Below, one piece after another: positions 36,135-45,486 of a DNA stretch of 62,817 bases (positions within the stretch are counted from its first letter, which is position 1; each line of letters opens with the position of its first letter). The notes under the pieces are model-generated. The model was given only the letters and a program-made list of their open reading frames with translations, searched no databases and had not been told where the DNA came from. Location: the IMG/VR virus record IMGVR_UViG_3300023184_000121, positions 1 through 62,817 of that record, one strand, 5' to 3'. Source of the stretch: a virus (lineage: Duplodnaviria; Caudoviricetes). A program made the position numbers and the translations under genes.

Positions 36135-36914
36135 TTAAGTAATTGATGACCCCCATTCAATCCTGACGTAGCCTCGATTAATCAATCCGCCATCAAGACA
36201 ATCTCCAACAGTAATTGCGTTTGTATATGTAGTTGCTCCAGACAAATTCATAGTAAAGTAAGCATACCCTCCTGCCCCGCCTCCTCCTACTGGGTATAAA
36301 TTACCAACTTGGTCTCCCACTACCCCTTTTCCATGACCTGCTAATGGAATGGCGTCTCCAACCCCATAACCTCCACCATTCCCCCCAATAGTTCCGCCTG
36401 TTGGATCGGGTGCGGGGTAGCCATAAAATGGGCCGGGAATGCCTTGATCTGGCCCGGCTCCTCCTCCTCCTCCGTAATGACTATAGCTTCTTCCATAGCA
36501 TCCGCAAAAATCAGTGTTAAACCCGCCGCCGCCGCCGCCTCCCATTGAGACTCCGTATGTCGCAACGCCCCGGGCTCCCGGTTCTCCGTCATATGCATAA
36601 CCTCCCGCTCCTCCACTGACTGATACAGCATACCCAGCCGTTCCAGACACGCCTCCTCCACTCCCTCCAGAAGAACTGAGGCTTGCGGGCCCAGCCCATA
36701 CTCCACCAGTTGCAATTACGGAAACTCCATTTGCAGAAAATGAACTTGAACCTCCATTTTGCTTAAATCCTCCTGCCCCAACAACATGAACTCTGACTCT
36801 AGTCACCCCAGCAGGAATCATCGCAGATGTGATGGACTGGTTTGTGCCTGCCGTTGTGAACTCAACAAAGCTGACGCCACTGCTGGCGCCAATAAATCCT
36901 GCTGAGATAATCAT
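36135..36914 (-). CDS. Glycine-rich virion/fibre protein
   Basis: FTTAG...PAGVTRVRVHVVGAGG...GGGGAGGY...GYVRIEW. Confidence 0.75.
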   Translation of the reverse strand: MIISAGFIGASSGVSFVEFTTAGTNQSITSAMIPAGVTRVRVHVVGAGGFKQNGGSSSFSANGVSVIATGGVWAGPASLSSSGGSGGGVSGTAGYAVSVSGGAGGYAYDGEPGARGVATYGVSMGGGGGGGFNTDFCGCYGRSYSHYGGGGGAGPDQGIPGPFYGYPAPDPTGGTIGGNGGGYGVGDAIPLAGHGKGVVGDQVGNLYPVGGGGAGGYAYFTMNLSGATTYTNAITVGDCLDGGLINRGYVRIEWGSSIT

Positions 36915-36916
36915 AA

Positions 36917-37546
36917 TTAAGCGGCGTCTCCAGCTAATGCCCAAGAGTCAGTCGCTGTTTTAATAAGCGTGACAATTGACCACTGAGTGTTTGTTTTTGT
37001 TTTGGATGATTGAAGCGTCACTCCGCCAGTGGCAACGATAGTCACTTGATTAGCGGATGCGCCAACCTGCTGAATAAGAATCTGCGTCCCAATTGGAAAC
37101 GCTTGAGCTGAGTTTAATGGAATGGTTACGTTGGCTGTCGCGGTAAACGGGATAAGTGTATTGGCGTCACTCAAAACCAGCGGATAGCTTGCAGATTTTG
37201 AGGCTTGAACCTGAAGCGTTTTAGGCTCGTATTGAGATGTTCCAGCATTCCATGCGAGCGTCTCGCCGTTGACAGGAGCCGTGCTTGCCACTGTGCGACC
37301 CTGAATCTTTCCAACGGTTGTCGAAACGGTTCCGCCATCTGTTGCGCTTGTTGGCGCAGCGGTAGTCCCAGTCACGTCGCCAGTCAATTGAGTTCGAGCG
37401 GCATCAACTACGAGGCTGTTCTCGTTTTTAAGATACAGACGAGACGTAAATTTGTTTGAAGCAAGCTCGCCAATAACGAGCGCACTGGCTAATGGCGCAG
37501 ATACAGACCCCGATGACGAGTTGGTTTTTGGGATTAAAGCGGCCAT
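36917..37546 (-). CDS. Fibre-type structural protein
   Basis: GELA-x-N...LY-x-K repeat; C-terminal AFPIGTQI...W-x-LAGD domain. Confidence 0.7.
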   Translation of the reverse strand: MAALIPKTNSSSGSVSAPLASALVIGELASNKFTSRLYLKNENSLVVDAARTQLTGDVTGTTAAPTSATDGGTVSTTVGKIQGRTVASTAPVNGETLAWNAGTSQYEPKTLQVQASKSASYPLVLSDANTLIPFTATANVTIPLNSAQAFPIGTQILIQQVGASANQVTIVATGGVTLQSSKTKTNTQWSIVTLIKTATDSWALAGDAA

Positions 37547-37548
37547 AA

Positions 37549-38853
37549 TTAGTAGGTTCCAAATGATTTTTGCGTGAGTACGTTATCTCTAGAAGAGGAG
37601 GAATTTGTCAACCACATGGTGCTTCCATCCCACTCCACTGCGTGAGCTTGTTCGGCGGACATTAAGCTGCCAGCTTGAAAATAAAATGGAGCTTGGTTAG
37701 CAGAAGTGCCATTTGCCCTAAAAGTCTGCGATCCTGTAAATGTATTTGCACCAAGGTTTTGAACGCCTGTTGCCCCGTTATAACCTGTTCCCCCTTGAAA
37801 CCCGGTTGCCCCAAATCCAGTGCTGCCCTGAAAGCCAGTAGCTCCAACGCCTGTACTGCCCTGAAAGCCAGTAGCTCCAACGCCTGTACTGCCCTGAAAG
37901 CCAGTAGCCCCCAGCCCAGTGGATCCCTGAAATCCAGAGCCAGTGCTACCTTGAAACCCGGTACTTCCTTGAAAGCCCGTCGATCCGATTCCAGTGGCTC
38001 CCTGAAATCCAGATCCAGTACTTCCCTGAAACCCGGTGCTCCCCTGAAGCCCGGTTGATCCAATTCCAGTGGATCCCTGAAATCCAGAGCCAGTACTGCC
38101 TTGATAGCCAGTGCTGCCTTGATAACCCGTTGATCCAATTCCAGTTGCTCCTACTGGGCCGCCAGCCGGGCCAGTGCTCCCAGAAAAACCTGTCGCACCC
38201 TGAAACCCAGCACCTGTACTGCCCTGAAATCCAGTGCTGCCTCGAGGCCCGGTGCTGCCGTCAAATCCAGTCGCGCCGCTTCCCGTGCTGCCGCGAAGCC
38301 CGGTACTGCCCTGATAACCAGTACTGCCGTCAAATCCAGTACTCCCGCGAAGCCCCGTACTGCCGTCAAATCCCGTGCTGCCGCGAAGCCCGGTACTGCC
38401 CTGATAACCAGTTGCTCCGGCTCCAGTTGCTCCAATCCCGGTGCTGCCTTGATACCCGGTGCTGCCCTGATACCCGGTGCTGCCCTGAAACCCGGTTGAT
38501 CCAACCCCAGTCGCGCCGCTTCCCGTACTACCCTGATACCCGGTACTACCCTGATACCCAGTGCTGCCCCGATAACCAGTTGCGCCGATGATAGCTGAAG
38601 CCTGAAGCGCCCTTATGAAATAGCACATCAATCCTTCGCCGACGTTCCTTGGAATGCCAAATACTGTCTGAGCTTGATTTGGGTCGCAGGTCGTCCAAGT
38701 CACCCTTCCGCTGACCACGTTCTTTTGCACATCCCCGTAAAGTGCCTGAATCAAATTTGCAATCAGGCTTGGGACAGACTCCGCCGAAACGCTTGGATAC
38801 GGCACATCCAAAGTGCAGGCTTGCCCATAGGGATTATTACAATCGCAGCTCAT
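37549..38853 (-). CDS. Collagen-like Gly-X-Thr/Gln repeat fibre protein (434 aa)
   Basis: Long interrupted G-X-Y run (GST/GAT/GYQ/GFQ); C-terminal EWDG...FGTY module. Confidence 0.85.
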   Translation of the reverse strand: MSCDCNNPYGQACTLDVPYPSVSAESVPSLIANLIQALYGDVQKNVVSGRVTWTTCDPNQAQTVFGIPRNVGEGLMCYFIRALQASAIIGATGYRGSTGYQGSTGYQGSTGSGATGVGSTGFQGSTGYQGSTGYQGSTGIGATGAGATGYQGSTGLRGSTGFDGSTGLRGSTGFDGSTGYQGSTGLRGSTGSGATGFDGSTGPRGSTGFQGSTGAGFQGATGFSGSTGPAGGPVGATGIGSTGYQGSTGYQGSTGSGFQGSTGIGSTGLQGSTGFQGSTGSGFQGATGIGSTGFQGSTGFQGSTGSGFQGSTGLGATGFQGSTGVGATGFQGSTGVGATGFQGSTGFGATGFQGGTGYNGATGVQNLGANTFTGSQTFRANGTSANQAPFYFQAGSLMSAEQAHAVEWDGSTMWLTNSSSSRDNVLTQKSFGTY

Positions 38854-38857
38854 AAAA

Positions 38858-39103
38858 TCAGTGGTTATCTCGTTGTTTTAGCGCAGAAACCGCATTGAGA
38901 ATATCTTTCTCGCACGCGGCGTACCGAGCGGCGGAATGCCAAACCTCATTTCCCGATGCCGTGTACGTCTGGCCCGGGGACAGGCGCAGGATCCCCCCGG
39001 GATGGGACAATGCCGGAGGAACTGAGGAGACGGTCGCGCAGGACGTCAGCGCGAGCGTCGTCGCCATTTGCGCGAGCAGTGAGAATTTGATTTTGTACGT
39101 CAT
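38858..39103 (-). CDS. Putative lipoprotein, o-spanin (Rz1-like)
   Basis: Lipobox LALTSC; overlaps 38946-39206 in another frame; lies in the lysis cassette. Confidence 0.6.
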   Translation of the reverse strand: MTYKIKFSLLAQMATTLALTSCATVSSVPPALSHPGGILRLSPGQTYTASGNEVWHSAARYAACEKDILNAVSALKQRDNH

Positions 39104-39206
39104 CGCAGTAATTGGCTATGTCTCTCTCAAGCTCCCACCGGGCACGGATGCTCTTAATGCTAAGAAACGCCTCAAGGCACTTTAGGAGCGACAGCAGAAG
39201 CGGCAT
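38946..39206 (-). CDS. Putative i-spanin-like (Rz-like) protein
   Basis: Hydrophobic N-terminus followed by a helical region; overlaps the lipoprotein gene. Confidence 0.5.
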   Translation of the reverse strand: MPLLLSLLKCLEAFLSIKSIRARWELERDIANYCDDVQNQILTARANGDDARADVLRDRLLSSSGIVPSRGDPAPVPGPDVHGIGK

Positions 39207-39372
39207 TTTTCTCCTTTCGGAACACGTTAATCACGCCCACTGCCGCAAGCCCGGCGCTGATAATGGACTCAGCCATGTCCGGGCGGAGCTTTACGCCAAG
39301 GCCAGTCAGCAAAGAAATAATTCCGCGCCAAGTAGACGTCTCGTTAAGTCGCTCAATGATATACTGGATCAT
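39172..39372 (-). CDS. Putative holin (2 hydrophobic segments)
   Basis: RLNETSTWRGIISLLTGLG...AAVGVINVFRKE; adjacent to the endolysin. Confidence 0.65.
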   Translation of the reverse strand: MIQYIIERLNETSTWRGIISLLTGLGVKLRPDMAESIISAGLAAVGVINVFRKEKNAASAVAPKVP

Positions 39373-39395
39373 AGGTTTGTTTTTTTGGATTTGAT

Positions 39396-39863
39396 TTATG
39401 CTAAAGACACCCACTCTCCGCTTTTTTTGCGGTCGCGCAGTTGCGACAATCTAAGCGGAGTATCAAGTTCAAAATGGGGCTCGTCAACAATCGTCTTAAA
39501 GTTGCCGCCCCAGCGAATCCCGTGCTCTTTTGCAAGCTCGCTCGCTGCTTTATGCATGGCGCTGGCAGTTTTTGGATCACTCTCATCAAGATACTTGCCG
39601 CCTCGAAACACGCCGCAATCAATTGCGATGCCAAAGTTGTGCATTGAATTCCCGGGAGGTGCGTTCGTAACAACCTTGCCCGGAGCAGTGCGGCCCTGAG
39701 CGTAAATCTTTGCCTGCTCCTCCCATGAACGAGTTCCACATATCACTTTGTACTCAAGCCCCTTAGTTTGGGCTAGTGCCTGCGCCTCGAGCAAAAATGA
39801 CTCAAAACGCTTTTGAACGTCAGGATGCAATGTTGCTAAATTGGCTTTGGATCGTTCGTCCAT
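39396..39863 (-). CDS. Endolysin, M15-family L-Ala-D-Glu peptidase
   Basis: RSWEEQ...YAQGRT...VTNA...SMHNFGIAID...WGG...DEPHFE. Confidence 0.92.
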   Translation of the reverse strand: MDERSKANLATLHPDVQKRFESFLLEAQALAQTKGLEYKVICGTRSWEEQAKIYAQGRTAPGKVVTNAPPGNSMHNFGIAIDCGVFRGGKYLDESDPKTASAMHKAASELAKEHGIRWGGNFKTIVDEPHFELDTPLRLSQLRDRKKSGEWVSLA

Positions 39864-39864
39864 A

Positions 39865-40092
39865 TTACTTGGTTATTTTTGACCAAAGCTCTTTACGGTC
39901 TCGCTCGCATTCAAGGATTGCCTCTTTCAAATCGTTAATCTGTTGCCCAAGCGCTTTCATGTGCTCGTGCCGCTCTTCGTTTAGCCTTGTAATGAGCCCT
40001 CTGTTCATTTGTTGAATAAAGGCAAGGGCAATACAGGCCATTATAAATGGAATCCCTTGGCTTTTTGAAGCTTCTATAAATAGCTGTTCCAT
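39865..40092 (-). CDS. Small membrane protein, holin/antiholin-like
   Basis: One TM segment plus coiled coil, directly upstream of the endolysin. Confidence 0.5.
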   Translation of the reverse strand: MEQLFIEASKSQGIPFIMACIALAFIQQMNRGLITRLNEERHEHMKALGQQINDLKEAILECERDRKELWSKITK

Positions 40093-40095
40093 AAA

Positions 40096-42165
40096 TTAGT
40101 AGGTTCCGAATGCCCCAGCCGTTAGCAGGCTGTCTCTATTTGCCACAGTAAACGAGGAAGCGGTTCCTGTGTTTGTTGGGTTAGCGCCAACAGTAAACGT
40201 CGTGAGGCTGTTAATTGCGGTCACATACAACTGTGCTGCGCCAGTGATCCCAGACGCAATTGCCGCACCCACAACCAATCCTGACGTTGTTCCAGTGGTG
40301 AGCGTCACGGTAGTGCTACCTGTGGTCCAAGTTCCTGCCAATGAAATAACTGAGGTTAAGTATTCGGTTTTTCCGTCCCATTCAATGCTGCCGCCAACTG
40401 GAGTTGTTAACAGCGTCTGAGTGGTTCCGCTGTTAAATTGAGCTGGCGCAACTGTTGCGCTGTTGGCTGCAAAAATTTGGCGTCCGGTGTACGTATTTCC
40501 AACTGTTGTTGCGTTCGTAGATCTTGAGTAAATCAAGTTTGCGCTCAACGATTGCAACCCCACACTTATCAAGGATGTTCCAGCAACTGAAGATGTTATG
40601 CCAATTACCACGCCTTGGCTCGATGTCCCGTAGGCGGCCAAAATTGTTATCGGATAAGCGGCTCCAGTCCACCAGCTTGGGCGCGTCAAAATCATGCTCT
40701 GGCTCGCAGTTCCAAGCTGTGTCACCACCCATGGGCCGTTGGTGGGTGTCTGCGTTTGCGAAGTCATGCACAACGTTGTCCCGATTGCTAACGTAATACC
40801 TTCCACCGCAGCTTGTACACCTACTGGATAGGTGAAGGTGGTTGGCGTTGTTGCAAATATGGCGATGGTCGCAGGCGTTGATTGAGTGCCCGCAGGCGCT
40901 TGTGAAACAACAAATTGTGTCGAATTTGTGATACTTACAATAGCGCAGGACGCTAAATTAGTTGTGCTGAACGTATTACCCACAGACAACAAAGAGGTAT
41001 CTCCAGTTGTGAGGGTTATAGTGGTTGATGCGGTTGACCACGTCGCCTGATACGGCCCAGTCAACTGCAATGGATTTTGTTGCGCAAATTGGCGAACATC
41101 GACTATGTGAAACGGAGAACCAAGATTGTTAAGCGCGGTGTGCGCGTCCGTTGCGTTAGTCCCCCCGTTTGAAACAGAAACAGGCGTTGCAATGCTTGGG
41201 CCAGTAGCCCCCGTGGCCCCCTGTGTCCCGGCGCCAGTGGCCCCCTGTGTCCCGGCGCCAGTGGCCCCCTGAAACCCGGTTGCGCCCAAGCCAGTTGCTC
41301 CCTGTGCCCCTTGGGTTCCAAGCCCCGTTGCCCCTTGCAACCCTTGAGCTCCAATGCCCGTGGCGCCCTGATAACCAGTGGCCCCAATGCCCGTGGCCCC
41401 GGTAGCTCCAATGCCCGTGGCCCCGGTTGATCCCTGAGTTCCGCTCCCGGTAGCTCCTTGAAATCCCGTCGCTCCAATCCCGGTCGCCCCCTGATTCCCT
41501 GCACCCGTACTTCCCTGATACCCAGTGCTTCCTTGGAACCCCGTTGAACCGATCCCAGTGCTTCCTTGGAACCCCGTTGCTCCGCTGCCAGTTGCGCCTT
41601 GGTAACCCGTTGCCCCAGAAGAGCCAATGCCTGTACTGCCCTGAAAGCCAGCACCCGTACTACCTTGATAACCCGTACTACCTTGATACCCGGTCGAGCC
41701 AATCCCAGTGCTTCCTTGGTAACCTGTTGCTCCGCTACCAGTTGCTCCCTGATAGCCCGTGCTACCCTGATAACCAGTTGCGCCAACGCCAGTTGCACCT
41801 TGGGTGCCAATGCCAGTAGCGCCCTGCAAGCCTTGAGAGCCAATGCCAGTACTACCTTGATAGCCCGTAGCCCCAAGACCCGTAGCGCCTTGAAATCCCG
41901 TCGCTCCAAGCCCGGTCGAACCCTGCAACCCAATTCCTGTGCTGCCTTGATAGCCTGTGCTGCCGCTATACCCGGTTGCCCCAATGGTTCCGCCTCCTCC
42001 TCCTCCTCCATGAACAGAAATGTACTCCAGCAGCATCAAGACGTACTGCCTGTAGACCGCTGTGGATAAATTGCTATGAATACCCACAACTCCCGATGAT
42101 CCAGCAATTTGCTGAAGCAGGGTAAGCGCGTACTGCTGAAAGGCTGCTGTAGACAAGTTAGACAT
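40096..42165 (-). CDS. Collagen-like Gly-X-Thr repeat fibre protein (689 aa), possible head fibre
   Basis: ~265 aa of GAT/GST/GYQ repeats; Thr-rich beta C-terminus ending FGTY; directly after the capsid gene. Confidence 0.85.
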   Translation of the reverse strand: MSNLSTAAFQQYALTLLQQIAGSSGVVGIHSNLSTAVYRQYVLMLLEYISVHGGGGGGGTIGATGYSGSTGYQGSTGIGLQGSTGLGATGFQGATGLGATGYQGSTGIGSQGLQGATGIGTQGATGVGATGYQGSTGYQGATGSGATGYQGSTGIGSTGYQGSTGYQGSTGAGFQGSTGIGSSGATGYQGATGSGATGFQGSTGIGSTGFQGSTGYQGSTGAGNQGATGIGATGFQGATGSGTQGSTGATGIGATGATGIGATGYQGATGIGAQGLQGATGLGTQGAQGATGLGATGFQGATGAGTQGATGAGTQGATGATGPSIATPVSVSNGGTNATDAHTALNNLGSPFHIVDVRQFAQQNPLQLTGPYQATWSTASTTITLTTGDTSLLSVGNTFSTTNLASCAIVSITNSTQFVVSQAPAGTQSTPATIAIFATTPTTFTYPVGVQAAVEGITLAIGTTLCMTSQTQTPTNGPWVVTQLGTASQSMILTRPSWWTGAAYPITILAAYGTSSQGVVIGITSSVAGTSLISVGLQSLSANLIYSRSTNATTVGNTYTGRQIFAANSATVAPAQFNSGTTQTLLTTPVGGSIEWDGKTEYLTSVISLAGTWTTGSTTVTLTTGTTSGLVVGAAIASGITGAAQLYVTAINSLTTFTVGANPTNTGTASSFTVANRDSLLTAGAFGTY

Positions 42166-42185
42166 AACCTTATGTAAGCTAATCA

Positions 42186-42216
42186 GAAGGGGCTGACATT
42201 AGCCAACCCCCTCTTC
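42186..42216 (-). terminator. Possible terminator hairpin after the capsid gene
   Basis: gaagggg...cccctcttc imperfect stem in the intergenic gap. Confidence 0.4.
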
Positions 42217-42232
42217 ATTAACTTACCTAAGA

Positions 42233-43486
42233 TTAGAAGCCTGTTGCGGCAGTGCTGCAAATCAGCGGCACGCCGTCAAACGGGCAGCGCTTATACAGAA
42301 CCGGGCAAACATTCTGCGGGCGAATCGGTTGCATCGCACGCTGGATCTGGTAGATATGCTGCCCGTAATCGAGGTACAGGTTGTCGCAGTTGTCGCGAAT
42401 CATCGTCCACTCGAGTTCCCCCATCGAGAGCTGAGGCGCGAATTTAAACGTCCCCTCACCCAGATTTTGCTCAGGAACCAAGCGCTTGAAGCTATCGCCT
42501 GCAATCACAAACCCCACCTCGTAGGGGGCATTAACCCACGCCGTGTTGCGGCGCTGCCCAAAGCCATTACTGACAGCAGTGGAGGTGATTGGACTGACAA
42601 GCGCCAAAGATCCATCAGCATTGAACCCGGTTGCGCGTAACGGTTGCTGATCGATGCCAAACGCAAACCCACGATAGCCCTCGAACTGGTAGCCGCTGAT
42701 GGACTCTTCGCCGAGCTTGAACGAACCAGTGGTAAGAGCAATAAGGTCTTCCTTAACGTCGGCGTCGTTTCGCAAGCCTTCGATTGCGTCGGCACCAAGC
42801 ATCACCTGAAAAAATTCGCCGTCTTTTGACTGAAACGGTTCTGCGAGCATTTCCTCACGCATAAACGTCCCGATTCGGTACAGCGTTTTGAAGTTCAGAG
42901 GAGCGTCAGGGCTTGTCCTCGTGGTGCCAGTGTCGATGGCCCAAGGAGTAGACAGCACCTGCATATCGCCGGACATACTAGCATTGAACCCCTTTGTGGA
43001 GTTCACGGTGTACTTGATGCCGGACTTGATCAGCAACTGATATCGAATATCAGCGTTGATGATTTGCATGATAGTCTTCTCGAGCGAAACCTGCGCCTGC
43101 AAGTAACTGCCCTTGAACGCAGTACGCGCCTGTTTAACGCAAACGCGAGGCCCGGCGCCGCGAAGCGTCTCAAGTTGGTAGCTGTACGTCGTAGTCCCGA
43201 CTTGGTCTGCCGTTGCCCCGACGCCGCACATAGAGACATCGTTAACAAACAGAGGCGCAGCAAGGGCGCCGTAAGTGCTGACAGAGGCAGCGTTGGGAAT
43301 GGACATTTCTTCAACAACGCTAACGACGGTGTCGGAAACATTAGGAAGCGTCCCCCCATCGAGGCTGTTAATATAGGGCGATTTCCGGGCTAAAACGCGG
43401 GCTATCTGGCCCACGATCCTGTTAGTGTCCTTGCTTGCAAAGTCTTGCACAGCAGAGAGAGCGATACAATTGGTTGGCGTTGCCAT
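42233..43486 (-). CDS. Putative major capsid protein (417 aa)
   Basis: Size; position after portal/scaffold; own long leader and downstream hairpin. Confidence 0.75.
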   Translation of the reverse strand: MATPTNCIALSAVQDFASKDTNRIVGQIARVLARKSPYINSLDGGTLPNVSDTVVSVVEEMSIPNAASVSTYGALAAPLFVNDVSMCGVGATADQVGTTTYSYQLETLRGAGPRVCVKQARTAFKGSYLQAQVSLEKTIMQIINADIRYQLLIKSGIKYTVNSTKGFNASMSGDMQVLSTPWAIDTGTTRTSPDAPLNFKTLYRIGTFMREEMLAEPFQSKDGEFFQVMLGADAIEGLRNDADVKEDLIALTTGSFKLGEESISGYQFEGYRGFAFGIDQQPLRATGFNADGSLALVSPITSTAVSNGFGQRRNTAWVNAPYEVGFVIAGDSFKRLVPEQNLGEGTFKFAPQLSMGELEWTMIRDNCDNLYLDYGQHIYQIQRAMQPIRPQNVCPVLYKRCPFDGVPLICSTAATGF

Positions 43487-43690
43487 AAAAAAAAAAGAGG
43501 TAACTGAACGTGTTCCTCAAGTGCCTACGGCGCCACACAGCGAACGATGCACCCGAGGTCGATCGCATCTGAAAAGACGGATCTTGGGTTTGTGTCTGCA
43601 TCGCCCCCGACCGGGTAGGGCATTTTAGCGGCCTGTGTGCAAATTAACGTCTCGCGAGACGAGCGCCATGCGGAAGCGCGTAACCGTGCT
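43487..43690 (-). ncRNA. Candidate structured 5' leader RNA of the capsid gene
   Basis: Nested stems cacacag/ctgtgtg, cgatgca/tgcatcg, gatc/gatc, tct-gaaa-aga, gccc/gggc; 14-bp palindrome cgtctcgcgagacg. Confidence 0.45.
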
Positions 43691-43754
43691 ATAATTTATG
43701 ACATTGATTTTTCTGGACGCAAGCCATTTTCCGAATAAAAAGAACACATCTATT

Positions 43755-44948
43755 ATGTCTATTAAATCACTACCCGCCTCAGACCTCCGTCTTGTTTTTA
43801 TTGCCGTCGCCGAAAATTTCGGAGATCAAGACGAAGCAATCATTGAAGTTGAGCACGTTATCCACGACCCGGTTGCGTACGCCCGGTACGAGGCAACGCC
43901 TCACACCCTTTCCCGGAAATGTTCCTGCTGCGGATCCCGGCTTAAATACGTTTCCGTTGTCGAACACGCCCCAACCGGGGAGTTCTTTCAGGTTGGCAAA
44001 GATTGCGCCCGGGGAATCGCCTGCCTGTCTCGCTCTGTCTCCGCGATCGAGGGCGCCAGCGTTGCCCTTGCCCAGCGCCTCGAGTGCTCTCGCCGGGAGG
44101 CTGCTTTCCGGGCGCAGAACCCGGGCGCCTGCGAGGCGCTGGATTGGGCCGCTACAGGAATCAACAAAAAGGCAGCCGACCTCCGGCAAAAGCTTCGTAA
44201 GTTTGGAGCTTTGAGTGAGAAGCAGACCGAGTTCCTTGTTAAACTGCACGCCTCCGACAAGGCTGCCCGGGAAGCGGCAACTGGATCAGCAGTATCCGGG
44301 CGCCAAGAAATCACCGGGACAGTGGTGAGCGTGAAGCAAGTATGGTCTGACTACACCCGCGAGTACAAAAGCAAAGCGCTTGTCGTCCAAGACAACGGGG
44401 TAAAGCTTTACGGGAATATCCCTGACTCAATCAGCGATGCGGCTTCTCTGGCAGGCCAAAAAGTAACATTTACGGCGAATGTAGAGCCATCAGACAAGGA
44501 TCCGTTGTTTGGGTTTTTCTCCCGGCTCAGCGGCCTGCGCGACGCCTCCGCCCCGGCTCCCGTAAAGCCAAAGAAGGCGCCCCTGTCAAAGGAAGAGAAG
44601 GCGGCACGGGCAAAAGTTGCCATCAAGAAAGGAAATCGTTCCCGGAATGTTTCATTTTTTCTGGCAGACCTTCCGGCGCGTTTCATTCAGAACGGAACCA
44701 ATATCACGCTCGAGAAAGACGCCGAAGTGAAGTGTGACCACTCAGGTGAATTGTGCGTTATCCCGGCTGGCACAATACTTCGCCTGTTTCACGGAACCGC
44801 ACCGGGCGTCGGTCGTCGCGGGCATCGGGTGGAAGTTCTTGGAAGAGCAGACTCCGAAATCTTCCCTGAAAATTTCGGAATCCCTTTCTACTCACAGTTT
44901 TTCAAGAAACAACCTGCTCAGTCTCTGGCACAAGAAGCTCTTGCATAG
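43755..44948 (+). CDS. Zn-ribbon plus OB-fold-like hypothetical protein; the only credible plus-strand gene
   Basis: 397-aa ORF with CSCCG...GKDC and GRQEITGTVVSVK...KVTFTANV; AT-rich leader. Confidence 0.75.
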   Translation: MSIKSLPASDLRLVFIAVAENFGDQDEAIIEVEHVIHDPVAYARYEATPHTLSRKCSCCGSRLKYVSVVEHAPTGEFFQVGKDCARGIACLSRSVSAIEGASVALAQRLECSRREAAFRAQNPGACEALDWAATGINKKAADLRQKLRKFGALSEKQTEFLVKLHASDKAAREAATGSAVSGRQEITGTVVSVKQVWSDYTREYKSKALVVQDNGVKLYGNIPDSISDAASLAGQKVTFTANVEPSDKDPLFGFFSRLSGLRDASAPAPVKPKKAPLSKEEKAARAKVAIKKGNRSRNVSFFLADLPARFIQNGTNITLEKDAEVKCDHSGELCVIPAGTILRLFHGTAPGVGRRGHRVEVLGRADSEIFPENFGIPFYSQFFKKQPAQSLAQEALA

Positions 44949-45486
44949 CCCTAGAGCGGGGCTCCCCGCGTGCGTGGACGAGGTTGCAGAGGATCTCGTC
45001 CGGCACCGGGGCGGCTGCCACAAGCTCTATTTCTGGAACGCGGACTCCGTCTTTAAAAAGCTCAGAGTCCGTAAGCTTACGGACAGCCGCCGCTGCCATT
45101 TCTCGTGAGGCGTAGAAAATCCACGCCTTCCCCGGCGATACCATCAGGCTGCTTTTCTCTTGCGCCTTTTTTGCCATTTCCGGGGTGAACCCCATGTTTA
45201 CGACATCGTAATCTGCAACCCAGCCGCCACACATTGACAGCGCCAGCCAGCGGTAGTAACGGCTGGAAAACTTTGCAAGGCTTTCGTTGCAGACGTTCCG
45301 CTGAAACGCCTCCATCACCCTCTTGTTTAACCGGGTGAATCCCGGGACAGTCACAACATGGGACGAATTTAGCATGACCGGGTTCCACTCGTGCAACATC
45401 CACGAGCGCTTCCACCAGTTTGCCCGCTCAAACTCCTCGGCTTGCGGCAGGTCTGCGGAGGATTGATAAAAAGAAAATACGTTCAC
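44902..45486 (-). CDS. DXD-type glycosyltransferase-like protein (GT32-like)
   Basis: W-x2-SW...W-x-P, RWLAL...GGWVADYDV. Confidence 0.6.
   Translation of the reverse strand: MNVFSFYQSSADLPQAEEFERANWWKRSWMLHEWNPVMLNSSHVVTVPGFTRLNKRVMEAFQRNVCNESLAKFSSRYYRWLALSMCGGWVADYDVVNMGFTPEMAKKAQEKSSLMVSPGKAWIFYASREMAAAAVRKLTDSELFKDGVRVPEIELVAAAPVPDEILCNLVHARGEPRSRAMQELLVPETEQVVS

Noticed and set aside
37780-41990. Dense 9/18/27-bp repeats resembling a CRISPR array or VNTR
   Set aside because: They are in-frame codons for collagen G-X-Y triplets; there are no unique spacers and no cas operon.
41103-42011. 302-aa alternative-frame ORF, and similar shadow ORFs over the collagen genes
   Set aside because: By-product of stop-poor repeats.
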